From assembly GCA_040003745.1 (NCBI GenBank), contig JBDUBZ010000001.1, forward strand, positions 1 to 45,003: a stretch of DNA of 45,003 bases, in the 5' to 3' direction. Below the pieces are notes generated by a model, which made no database searches, had not been told where the DNA came from, and was given only the letters and a program-made list of their open reading frames with translations. Position numbers and translations under genes: made by a program. How positions within the stretch are numbered: the first letter of the stretch is position 1; each line of letters begins with the position of its first letter. Origin of the DNA: Terriglobia bacterium (GTDB lineage: Bacteria; Acidobacteriota; Terriglobia; Bryobacterales; Bryobacteraceae). Positions 8,760 through 16,307 of the stretch are shown here, piece by piece.

Positions 8760-8797
8760 GCCCCAGACGGACTTCGGTTCGCTCTGGGGCTTTTTTT
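8760..8797 (+). terminator. Intrinsic terminator (attenuator) upstream of ilvA
   Basis: GCCCCAGA (8760-8767) pairs with TCTGGGGC (8783-8790). An inner CGGAC/GTTCG helix surrounds a TTCG loop. The hairpin is followed by TTTTTTT (8791-8797). Confidence 0.75.
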
Positions 8798-8819
8798 ATT
8801 TCCACCGCAGGAGAGACAG

Positions 8820-8855
8820 ATGAAGACGACCACTTACGCGAGGCCACCCGCATGA
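8820..8855 (+). promoter_or_regulatory. Possible 11-codon upstream ORF (MKTTTYARPPA) overlapping the ilvA start
   Basis: ATG 8820 is preceded by AGGAGAG (8809-8815). It has three consecutive Thr codons. Its stop TGA (8853-8855) overlaps the ilvA ATGATG (8852-8857). It could be coincidental. Confidence 0.3.
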
Positions 8856-10060
8856 TGAATCTGGAAAGAATCGAAGCGGCTGCGCACCGGATCGGCGGTT
8901 CGATCAAAAAGTCTCAGCTCGCATATTCGGCCGCGCTCTCGCGACTTTGCGGCAATGAAATTTACCTGAAACTTGAGAACTCCCAGATGACCGGCTCGTT
9001 CAAGGAAAGAGGTGCTCTTAACCGAATTCTTTCCCTGAGCGACGTAGAGCGCAGTCGCGGTGTGATTGCCGCATCGGCTGGTAACCACGGTCAGGGAGTA
9101 GCTTTTCATTCGATGCTTCGTGGAATCCGTGCGGAGATTTGGATGCCCCGCTCCACACCTCTTGTCAAAGTGACGGCGACCCGTGGATACGGCGCGGAAG
9201 TTGTGTTGCACGGCGCTAACTACGACGAAGCCTACGAGGCCGCACTGGAACGGTGTGCGCAACTAAATGCCACCTTCCTCCATGCCTTCGACGACGAGGA
9301 TGTCATCGCAGGTCAGGGAACCATCGGTTTGGAAATGCTGGATCAGGAACCGACCCTCGACGTTATCGTGGCGCCGATCGGTGGTGGAGGGCTCATTGCC
9401 GGAATCGCGTGCGCCGTGAAGGAACTTCGCCCCAACGTCGAAATAGTTGGAGTGCAGACGGCGCGACTCCCTTCCATGAACGCTGCGTTGGATCACGGGG
9501 AGCCGGTTACTATTCCTGCCGAACCGACTCTTGCGGACGGGATCGCCGTCCGCAAAGTCGGGAAGCTCACCCTGCCCTTGGTTGCGCACCATGTCGATAA
9601 GATCGTTACGGTCGAAGAAGAAGAAATCGCAGCGGCCATTCTGGTTCTATTAGAGCGGGAGAAAACGCTCGCCGAAGGTGCCGGGGCCGTAGCCCTTGCG
9701 GCTGTTCTTCAAGGTTGCACCGGTCATCGGGGAAAGAAGGTTGGGGTAGTGGTTTCCGGCGGCAATCTGGACGTGAACCTGCTCGCGAGAATCATTGAGC
9801 GCGGTTTGGTCCGGGACGGACGCCGTCTCAGGCTCCGCGTAAAACTACCCGACTACCCAGGCGCGCTGGAAGGTTTGGCCTCCGTTATCGCAAGGGTGAA
9901 CGCGAACATTGTAGAGACGCAACACAATCGGGCACACTATGGCGTCAGTCTAAGTGAAACAGCCATCGACATCACAATGGAGACTCGCGGTCGCGATCAT
10001 GCGGAAGAAGTGCGTGCCGCGCTCGCCGAGGGTCAATATCAATTTAGTGTTGTGGAGTGA
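8852..10060 (+). CDS. ilvA: Threonine ammonia-lyase (threonine dehydratase) with C-terminal ACT-like regulatory domain
   Basis: PLP-enzyme motifs are present (LENSQMTGSFKERGA, ASAGNHGQGVA, GGGGLIAG). Start chosen at MMNLERIEAA (8852/8855). The track ORF start 8756 would read through the terminator hairpin. GAGG (8840-8843) is a possible SD. Confidence 0.85.
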   Translation: MMNLERIEAAAHRIGGSIKKSQLAYSAALSRLCGNEIYLKLENSQMTGSFKERGALNRILSLSDVERSRGVIAASAGNHGQGVAFHSMLRGIRAEIWMPRSTPLVKVTATRGYGAEVVLHGANYDEAYEAALERCAQLNATFLHAFDDEDVIAGQGTIGLEMLDQEPTLDVIVAPIGGGGLIAGIACAVKELRPNVEIVGVQTARLPSMNAALDHGEPVTIPAEPTLADGIAVRKVGKLTLPLVAHHVDKIVTVEEEEIAAAILVLLEREKTLAEGAGAVALAAVLQGCTGHRGKKVGVVVSGGNLDVNLLARIIERGLVRDGRRLRLRVKLPDYPGALEGLASVIARVNANIVETQHNRAHYGVSLSETAIDITMETRGRDHAEEVRAALAEGQYQFSVVE

Positions 10061-10197
10061 ATGCCGATAAGTCAGGCAATGGATCGGCAGCGGGAACCGT
10101 GTTTGTTTATGGTCGCTTCCCAGTGGCCTCCGGTTGCTGACACCCACGCGTCTGCACTTTGTGCCGCACGTCGGAATCATGCCGGGGAGCGCGGTGC

Positions 10198-11562
10198 TCA
10201 GGCCACCCAGACGGTCTTTATCTGGACAAATTCGCGAATTCCCTCGTCGCCCAGTTCGCGTCCGTAGCCAGAGGTTTTGATGCCGCCAAAGGGTACACGT
10301 GGGTCGGATGCGACCATCGCATTGACGAAAGCCTGGCCGGCTTCAATCTCGTTGACGAACAACTGCTGCTCACTCGGGTCGTTTGACCAGAGGCTGGCGC
10401 CCAGACCGTAGATGGTGTCATTTGCCAGGCGAAGCGCTTCTTCGAGCGTGTCCACGATGAAGACTGAGGCAACCGGGCCGAAGAGTTCTTCGCACCCAGC
10501 GGGGGAATCGGGAGGGACATCCACGAGGACCGTCGGCGGATAGTAACTGCCGGGACCGGCCAGGGGCGCTCCGCCGATAAGAGCCCGCGCGCCGCGAGCG
10601 AGCGTCGCCCGCACCTGCGAATCCAGCTTCGCCAGAAGATCGGGCCTGGCCATCGGCCCCAGGTCGGTGGCAGGGTCCAGCGGATCACCGACTTTCAGTG
10701 CCCTCATGGCCGTCACGAAGCGAGCCACAAACTCGTCCGCAACGGCGCGCGAGACAATGAACCGCTTGGCGGCGATGCAGGATTGCCCGCTGTTGCCGGT
10801 TCGCGAGTTCACCGCTGCAGGGACGGCGCGTTCAAGGTCGGCCGAGGCCATGACGATAAAAGGATCGCTGCCACCAAGTTCGAGGACGCTTTTCTTGAGT
10901 GCCGCGCCCGCCTGAGCCGCCACGGCGCGCCCCGCAATATCGCTGCCCGTCAGCGTGACAGCGTGAACCCGCTTGTCGCGAAGAAGCGCGGGGACCTGAT
11001 CGGTTTCCAGCAGGAGGGTCTGGAAGACACCCGGCGGAAGACCAGCGTCCAGGAAGATCTTTTCAATCGCAAGCGCGCACTGCGGCACGTTTGGCGCATG
11101 TTTCAACAGCGCCACGTTCCCGGCCATCAGCGCCGGCGCGGCGAACCGGAACACCTGCCAAAACGGAAAGTTCCACGGCATGATCGCCAGAACCGCGCCG
11201 ACCGGCTCATAGCGAATATAGCTGCGCTTTGCTTCGGTGGCGATATCGGCGTCAGCCAGGCAGCGCTCCGCGTGTTCCGCATAATACCTGCAACCGCGCG
11301 CTGATTTCAGCACCTCGCCGATGGCAAACCGAACCGGCTTGCCCATCTCTGCTGTCATCAAACGCCCGAGTGCCTCAGACTCAGCTTCCAGAATTGCGGC
11401 TGCACGGAGCAGGAGCTCCGCGCGCGCTGAAAACGAGGTTCGTTTCCAGAGCGCGAATGCCTCTGATGAAAGTTGTAGTCGTTCTTCGATGGCCGCCGGC
11501 GAAAGTGCCTCAAAACTCGCGATGAGTTTGCCTGTGGCTGGATTGATGCTCTGGATCGACAT
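10198..11562 (-). CDS. gabD: NAD(P)-dependent succinate-semialdehyde dehydrogenase (aldehyde dehydrogenase family)
   Basis: 454 aa. ALDH catalytic motifs VLELGGSDPFIV and GQSCIAAKR. The N-terminus SINPATGK is typical of short SSADH-type ALDHs. Confidence 0.75.
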   Translation of the reverse strand: MSIQSINPATGKLIASFEALSPAAIEERLQLSSEAFALWKRTSFSARAELLLRAAAILEAESEALGRLMTAEMGKPVRFAIGEVLKSARGCRYYAEHAERCLADADIATEAKRSYIRYEPVGAVLAIMPWNFPFWQVFRFAAPALMAGNVALLKHAPNVPQCALAIEKIFLDAGLPPGVFQTLLLETDQVPALLRDKRVHAVTLTGSDIAGRAVAAQAGAALKKSVLELGGSDPFIVMASADLERAVPAAVNSRTGNSGQSCIAAKRFIVSRAVADEFVARFVTAMRALKVGDPLDPATDLGPMARPDLLAKLDSQVRATLARGARALIGGAPLAGPGSYYPPTVLVDVPPDSPAGCEELFGPVASVFIVDTLEEALRLANDTIYGLGASLWSNDPSEQQLFVNEIEAGQAFVNAMVASDPRVPFGGIKTSGYGRELGDEGIREFVQIKTVWVA

Positions 11563-11595
11563 TCGCTTTCCCCAATCCGGATGACTGCGGTTCTT

Positions 11596-11892
11596 TCAGG
11601 CGGGTTGCAGCACGTCGTAGAAATCGCGGACGCGCGTCTCCTGCATGAGGACAACTTTGCCGAAGATGTTTTCCTTGAACGGTTCCGGCGTCATGTGGGC
11701 ATCGTAGTAGCCCGCACGGTCGTGATACTGCTCATAAAGGAGGAACTTGCGCGGATCTTCGAGCGAGCGGTTGACGGTGTAAAGCGCGCAGCCCGGCTCA
11801 GTGCCTGAAATCGGATTCATGGTTTGCGGGCTCGCGGCGATCTCGTCGTCCTTACCTTCTTTGGCGTAATACTCGGCGGCAACTACGTACAT
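11596..11892 (-). CDS. Antibiotic-biosynthesis-monooxygenase (ABM) domain protein
   Basis: 98 aa with a ferredoxin-like ABM pattern (LYTVNRSLEDPRKFLLYEQYHDRAGYYDAHMTPEPF). It lies 33 nt upstream of the SSADH gene on the same strand. Confidence 0.65.
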   Translation of the reverse strand: MYVVAAEYYAKEGKDDEIAASPQTMNPISGTEPGCALYTVNRSLEDPRKFLLYEQYHDRAGYYDAHMTPEPFKENIFGKVVLMQETRVRDFYDVLQPA

Positions 11893-12076
11893 GTTTCTAT
11901 TTCCTTATCTTTCCCCGCGCTTCGTCGTTGCGTATTGCACGACGTTCGTATTTTATAGCGAACCGAATGTATCAACGCCGATGGAGGGAAGTCAAGCAGC
12001 GGTCATGCTTCGTGCAGCGGTCAGGCTTCGGTAGCGGGACTGTTCGAGGCTGGTTGGATGTCAGAGACGCAACAGA

Positions 12077-12893
12077 TCAGTTTTCCGTCGGAATCCGCTC
12101 CATCCGATCGATGACCAGCATCCGGAGCGGCAGCATTTTCAGTGTCACTTTCAGGCCCAGTTGCTTTTCCACCGCCTTCAGCAATTCACTTGGGTCCGGC
12201 CTGTTCTCCGGGACATCCGTCGGTGCGCTCAGCTCAATGTCATAGTTTCCCTGGATACCGGTCGCGTCCAGCAGCGGGCGATCCAGAATGTGCGTGGCGT
12301 CGATGGCCTCGAGGAAGCCGGTGACCGTCAGCCCAGACGGCGCTCCGCCGAGCTGACTACTGAAATGCCACAGGCCGGCTTCGGTTTTCGTGGTGTACTT
12401 CGGGAAGTCGGTCGCCGGTGCCGGGCTTTTCGCTGCCCGCAGCTTCGAACCCTGTTCGGAAACCCGCACTTCGAACGCCTTCAGGCCACGCGTTTCCCAG
12501 TGTGTGACCAGTCCGAAACGGGTCGCGAGCAGATCCTGAAACATTAGATTCAGCAGCTCCGAACTCGTATCGCGAGGGAAGATGACCGAAACATCGTAGC
12601 CACGCGAGCCGCGCTGCGCGGCGACCCATGCAGGCCAGACGATCTTATAGTCCGGCAATCGCCAGGCCCTGCAGACCAGGTGCTTAATGCTCGCCTTGCG
12701 AAGATCGACCCGAGTCGGATCGTATCGCGTGAACGGCCGATCGCCCGACTCGTTGACTTTGACAAGACGCGGCATCGAATTGCGGCCGCCCGGTCTCGCT
12801 TTGAGCAAAACCGCTTCCGGGCAGCAACGCGCACATTGCCAGAGCGAAACGAATCGAAACCGGCGAGACACGGGCAGCGGGTTTGCGGTTCAT
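12077..12893 (-). pseudogene. TIGR03435-family (Acidobacteria paralogous family) protein, apparent single-base frameshift
   Basis: The C-terminus LLKAVEKQLGLKVTLKMLPLRMLVIDRMERIPTEN is typical of TIGR03435. The signal peptide and RPQFDAAS lie in one frame (ORF 12684..12917, from MNRK at 12893). The body (VKVNESGDRP...) lies in another frame. Removing one T of the TT pair (plus-strand AA at 12764-12765) restores FDAASVKVNES. Confidence 0.6.
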
Positions 12894-13230
12894 TGCCTTC
12901 TCAAATGAGGATGACACAAACGCGAGCCACGCAGGAACGGAAGTAGCAGCCGACCTCGTGAATGCGCGGCGGCTTATCCCAAAAACGGCGGTCCGGGAAC
13001 AGTGCCCGATATCCGTTAATTTCGGTAGCTATCGCTGTCGCTCCCACGTCCCGAAACCCGCACGCCTCATCTGCGAACTTCGTCGAAGCCCGGCTGGTCG
13101 CCCTCCATCATGGGGTGCTTGAGCCAGTTCGCTCCCGGCGATCCGGCCCTGCCCGGGATTGCGGGCCCCATCGTGAGGCCGTCGCTAAAGTAGCTTGTTC
13201 CTCACATGGTTTCCAGAATGGCTGCGTGAT

Positions 13231-13470
13231 TCAGCCCTTCGCTGTTACTTTGCCCGCCCGTTTCGTCCCCGTTACGGCTTTTTTCGTCGCCTTCTTCTGT
13301 CGCCGTGGCAATCGGCTCTTATTCTTATTCACCAGCTTAGGCACCTTCTGCTTTTGGGGTGCGGTCATACCCACTGCCGCCGCGATGGATCCCGCAGCCA
13401 AACCAATGGTTTTGGCAGCGGCGACCAAAACGCCGTCGGTCGGCTCTTGTGTTTCCTTTTTGTTTGCCAT
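13231..13470 (-). CDS. Small Lys/Arg-rich hypothetical protein
   Basis: 79 aa ORF with a hydrophobic Gly/Ala segment followed by a basic tail (KKATKKAVTGTKRAGKVTAKG). No obvious SD. No family recognised. Confidence 0.35.
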   Translation of the reverse strand: MANKKETQEPTDGVLVAAAKTIGLAAGSIAAAVGMTAPQKQKVPKLVNKNKSRLPRRQKKATKKAVTGTKRAGKVTAKG

Positions 13471-13734
13471 GTGATGACTATTCTATCCACATCTATGAGA
13501 AAACTGGGACGTTTTCGGCCTCTGTTTGACCGTCTCCTCGGCCCGTCCGTTCAAGGATTGGATCCAGCGCTTGAATGGGTTTGCGACTCCAACGGCCAGC
13601 CTGCCAGGAGGGCGCCCGACCTTGCTAAGGAGTTCTCACGATATTGCAGGAGCATCGCCGGCGGTCACAGCCACTTTGCGTTGCACTGGCTGACTTTAGC
13701 CTTACTGCCCGGCTTTCCGCGCTTACACTACATC

Positions 13735-13776
13735 AGAGCAGGGCCGCTGTTCCAGAGAGCAGGGCCGCTGTTCCAG
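13735..13776. repeat. Perfect 21-bp tandem duplication (AGAGCAGGGCCGCTGTTCCAG x2)
   Basis: Read directly: 13735-13755 is identical to 13756-13776. Confidence 0.9.
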
Positions 13777-13879
13777 GCAAATGGGTTTGCTTTTTCAAAC
13801 AAGGTTTCAGACCGGATTGGCTTCGTTTTGTAAAAGCGAATGGGTCGCGGCGACTGCAGCGAATGGGTTTGCTTTTTCG
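13777..13879. repeat. Dispersed direct repeat GC(A/G)AATGGGTTTGCTTTTTC, two full copies plus one half copy
   Basis: Full copies at 13777-13796 and 13859-13878. The half copy GCGAATGGGT is at 13836-13845. Both full copies are followed about 15-25 nt later by TTTCAG. Confidence 0.8.
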
Positions 13880-13989
13880 TTTTCACTGGAGGGATTTCAG
13901 CAGAGCGTTCGCGGCGTCCGCGCAGAGCACTGCCGCGTGTTTCGATCCATTGGCAATTCGCCCACGTTCCGGGGACTCTGGGAATGATC

Positions 13990-14017
13990 GTGGGAAGTGA
14001 TCGGTGGGAAGTGATCG
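13990..14017. repeat. Perfect 14-bp tandem duplication (GTGGGAAGTGATCG x2)
   Basis: Read directly: 13990-14003 is identical to 14004-14017. Confidence 0.9.
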
Positions 14018-14063
14018 ATCAACTCCGGGCGCATTCTGTGATCCAATGGTAGGCCGTATGCGG

Positions 14064-14091
14064 AAAAGCGCAAAGAGCGCTGTCCCGCGCC
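14064..14091. repeat. 28-nt GCGC-block motif, copy 2 (AAAAGCGCAAAGAGCGCTGTCCCGCGCC)
   Basis: Matches 8430-8457 at 26 of 28 positions. Lies 32 nt upstream of the NUDIX-fusion gene start. Confidence 0.6.
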
Positions 14092-14123
14092 AATGGTTTC
14101 CGGGCTGGATGTATTAACTATTC

Positions 14124-14978
14124 ATGACAAACGTAGTGGCCGGACTTCTGTCGAAAAATGGTCGGATTCTGATCTGCCAGCGCCGCGCCGACCAGCCGCA
14201 TCCGCTGAAATGGGAGTTTCCCGGCGGCAAGGTGGAAGCCGGCGAATCGCCCGGGGAAGCGCTGGTCAGGGAACTGCGCGAGGAACTCGGGATTGAATCC
14301 GAACCCGCGATCGAAGCGGCGCGGTATGAGTTCACTTATCCCGGCAAAAAACCGATTCTGCTGATTTTTCTCAGAGTTCCCGCCTGGAGGGGCGTCCTGG
14401 AGAACCGCATCTTCGAAACCCTCCGCTGGGAAAAAGCGGAATTTCTGAGTAGCTACGATTTCCTCGAAGGCGACGCGCCTTTTATACTACAGATGGCCGT
14501 CAGGCCGACCGAACAAACGTCACCTCCAGCCCGTATCACTTATATGCCGCCAAGCGCTGTTTCGCCAACAACCGACACCAACATCGGACAAATACTCGCC
14601 CTGCTCGCAGGGAAAGGCTATGCCGTCACTCAGACCGGCCCAGACGGGCTCCGCATTCAGGAGACCGACAGCGGCATCGCCGTCCAGGCCGTGCTGCAGG
14701 GGGAAATTCTCTTTCTCTCCGTCGTCTGCGCGACTGTCCCTTCCTCTAAAATCACCGCCGGCCTGATGCGCAAAATGCTTGCGGCAGATAGCGGAATTTC
14801 CACCTCCCATTTCCAGCTTCACGATGCGGGCGGCGGCGAGAGATCCGTCACCCTGAATAACTTCTGCAAACTGCAGGATATGGGCGCCGACGATGAAGAC
14901 GATATCCTGTCGTGCGTAAGTTTTTTGCTGGCCGATGTTGTGCATGCAGCCGAGCTAATCGGCAAAGATCTCAGATAA
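14124..14978 (+). CDS. NUDIX hydrolase (MutT-like) fused to a C-terminal domain of unknown function at the position of yjfI in psp-like loci
   Basis: Perfect NUDIX box GKVEAGESPGEALVRELREELGI in residues 1-130. A Pro/Ser/Thr linker follows, then a roughly 130 aa alpha/beta-looking domain in the same frame with no stop. It ends 12 nt upstream of the PspA-family gene. Confidence 0.75.
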   Translation: MTNVVAGLLSKNGRILICQRRADQPHPLKWEFPGGKVEAGESPGEALVRELREELGIESEPAIEAARYEFTYPGKKPILLIFLRVPAWRGVLENRIFETLRWEKAEFLSSYDFLEGDAPFILQMAVRPTEQTSPPARITYMPPSAVSPTTDTNIGQILALLAGKGYAVTQTGPDGLRIQETDSGIAVQAVLQGEILFLSVVCATVPSSKITAGLMRKMLAADSGISTSHFQLHDAGGGERSVTLNNFCKLQDMGADDEDDILSCVSFLLADVVHAAELIGKDLR

Positions 14979-14990
14979 GGACTTATCCAT

Positions 14991-15722
14991 ATGGCATTCT
15001 TCTCAGACATATTCAATCGCGCCGGACGCGTGGCGCGCGGCCAGGCCAACAAGGGCATGGACACCATTGAGGACGCGACCTTCGAAGCCACGGTTCGCCA
15101 GACCGTGATCGACATGAAGAACGAACTGAACAACGTGGTTCGCGCTTCGGCGAGCGCGATGAGCAATTACAACCAGCTCGACGCCGAGTATCAGAAATAC
15201 GTCAAGCAGTCGCAGGAATGGAAGGATCGTGCAGGCCAGGCTCTCGATGCCGGCAATGAGGATCTCGCGAAAAAGGCTCTGGCGCGCAAGGCCGAGTCGG
15301 ATAAGCAGATTACGTCTCTCCAGGCGGGTATCGATTCAGCGCGGCAGGCGAGCGAGTCGCTCAAGTCGCAGGTGACCGATCTGAAACACAAGATCGACGA
15401 TGGCGAGCGCACCGCCAATACATTGGTGGCGCGCAAGAACGCCGCCATGGCGCAGCGCAAGGTTTCCGAAGCGCTGGCCGGTGTGGGCAAGGCCGATAAC
15501 GCGTTCGCGACGCTGGCGAATTTCGAGAAATCGGTGTCGAAGGAAGAAGCCACGGCCAAGGCTTTCGGCGAACTGGCGAGTGCGGGCAAAGATACCGATC
15601 TCGAAAACGAATTCGCGCAATTGCAGGGACATTCGGTCGATGCCGAGCTTGAGGAGATGAAGCGGCAGCGTGGGGCCACTGTCGAGATCCAGAAGACTCT
15701 GCCGCCGGCGAGCGCCCATTAA
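14991..15722 (+). CDS. pspA: PspA/IM30 (Vipp1) family protein
   Basis: 243 aa coiled-coil protein with a typical N-terminus (MAFFSDIFNRAGRVARGQANKGMD) and a LARKAE...ARKNAAMAQRKV pattern. Confidence 0.85.
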   Translation: MAFFSDIFNRAGRVARGQANKGMDTIEDATFEATVRQTVIDMKNELNNVVRASASAMSNYNQLDAEYQKYVKQSQEWKDRAGQALDAGNEDLAKKALARKAESDKQITSLQAGIDSARQASESLKSQVTDLKHKIDDGERTANTLVARKNAAMAQRKVSEALAGVGKADNAFATLANFEKSVSKEEATAKAFGELASAGKDTDLENEFAQLQGHSVDAELEEMKRQRGATVEIQKTLPPASAH

Positions 15723-15727
15723 ACAGC

Positions 15728-16294
15728 ATGTTCTTCGATCGCAAACCAGCGCCCGCGGCGGCTCAACCAGACCTCGCGCATCTGAAGGTCACTGAAGCCA
15801 AAGTCGGCGATACTCTTTCGGTGGTGGGCGCGGCAGAGGATTTCAGCGATCTCGATTTCACTATCGACCGCCGCGACCAGTATGAGGCCGGCAGTCGCCA
15901 GTGGACCGCATTCAGCGGAACCTGGCGCGACCGGCGCGTTTACCTCGAAGTCCACAACGAAGACACGGTTGAAGTGCTGGGGAACTTCGATGGACGGCGG
16001 CTGACTATCGATGAGCTGGGGCTCTCCGAGCAGGATCTGGGCGACCTCGACCAGCGTCACAACGAGACCGATTTCTTCGATTTCGAAGGCAAGTTCTGGC
16101 TCTACCGGCAGAGCCGTGAAATGGGAGTGTTCAGCGATGGCCGCGATACGGGCCGGGGCTTTTATGGCTGGGAATTTCGGGAGCAGGCTGGCAAGCGTTA
16201 CCTGAGCGTTCGCAAATTTGAGGGCGAACCGTTCACGGCTTCCATCTGGGTCCGCGTCGAGCCGGCGGACGTCTCCGTTTTCCGGGGGACCTGA
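15728..16294 (+). CDS. DUF4178/DUF2491-like protein (yjfK position)
   Basis: 188 aa, starting 5 nt after the pspA-family gene. It has a two-lobed beta-rich pattern (VGDTLSV...W..F.G...R.VYLEV; GKFWLYR...GWEF...YLSVRKFEG). The family assignment is from memory of PspA-associated domains and is not verified. Confidence 0.5.
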   Translation: MFFDRKPAPAAAQPDLAHLKVTEAKVGDTLSVVGAAEDFSDLDFTIDRRDQYEAGSRQWTAFSGTWRDRRVYLEVHNEDTVEVLGNFDGRRLTIDELGLSEQDLGDLDQRHNETDFFDFEGKFWLYRQSREMGVFSDGRDTGRGFYGWEFREQAGKRYLSVRKFEGEPFTASIWVRVEPADVSVFRGT

Positions 16295-16307
16295 CGGGGG
16301 ACCTGAT

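Noticed and set aside
8756-8851. N-terminal extension of ilvA suggested by the ORF track (start 8756)
   Set aside because: The extension would translate straight through the terminator hairpin and T-run. Homologous threonine dehydratases begin near MMNLERIEAA, so the start is set at 8852.
13080-13180. Short minus-strand frame ending ...ANWLKHPMMEGDQPGFDEVRR*
   Set aside because: It looks protein-like, but it is bounded by an upstream stop after about 40 codons. It is too short and has no recognisable family. It may be a gene remnant.
12962-13833. Plus-strand ORFs 12962..13474 and 13195..13833 across the intergenic and repeat region
   Set aside because: Their translations are low-complexity. 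They include a literal translation of the 21-bp tandem repeat and overlap the minus-strand small ORF. No motifs or SD are present.
13735-14017. Possibility that the tandem repeats form a CRISPR array
   Set aside because: There are only two copies of each repeat, directly adjacent with no spacers. The units are 14-21 bp long, and no cas genes are nearby.
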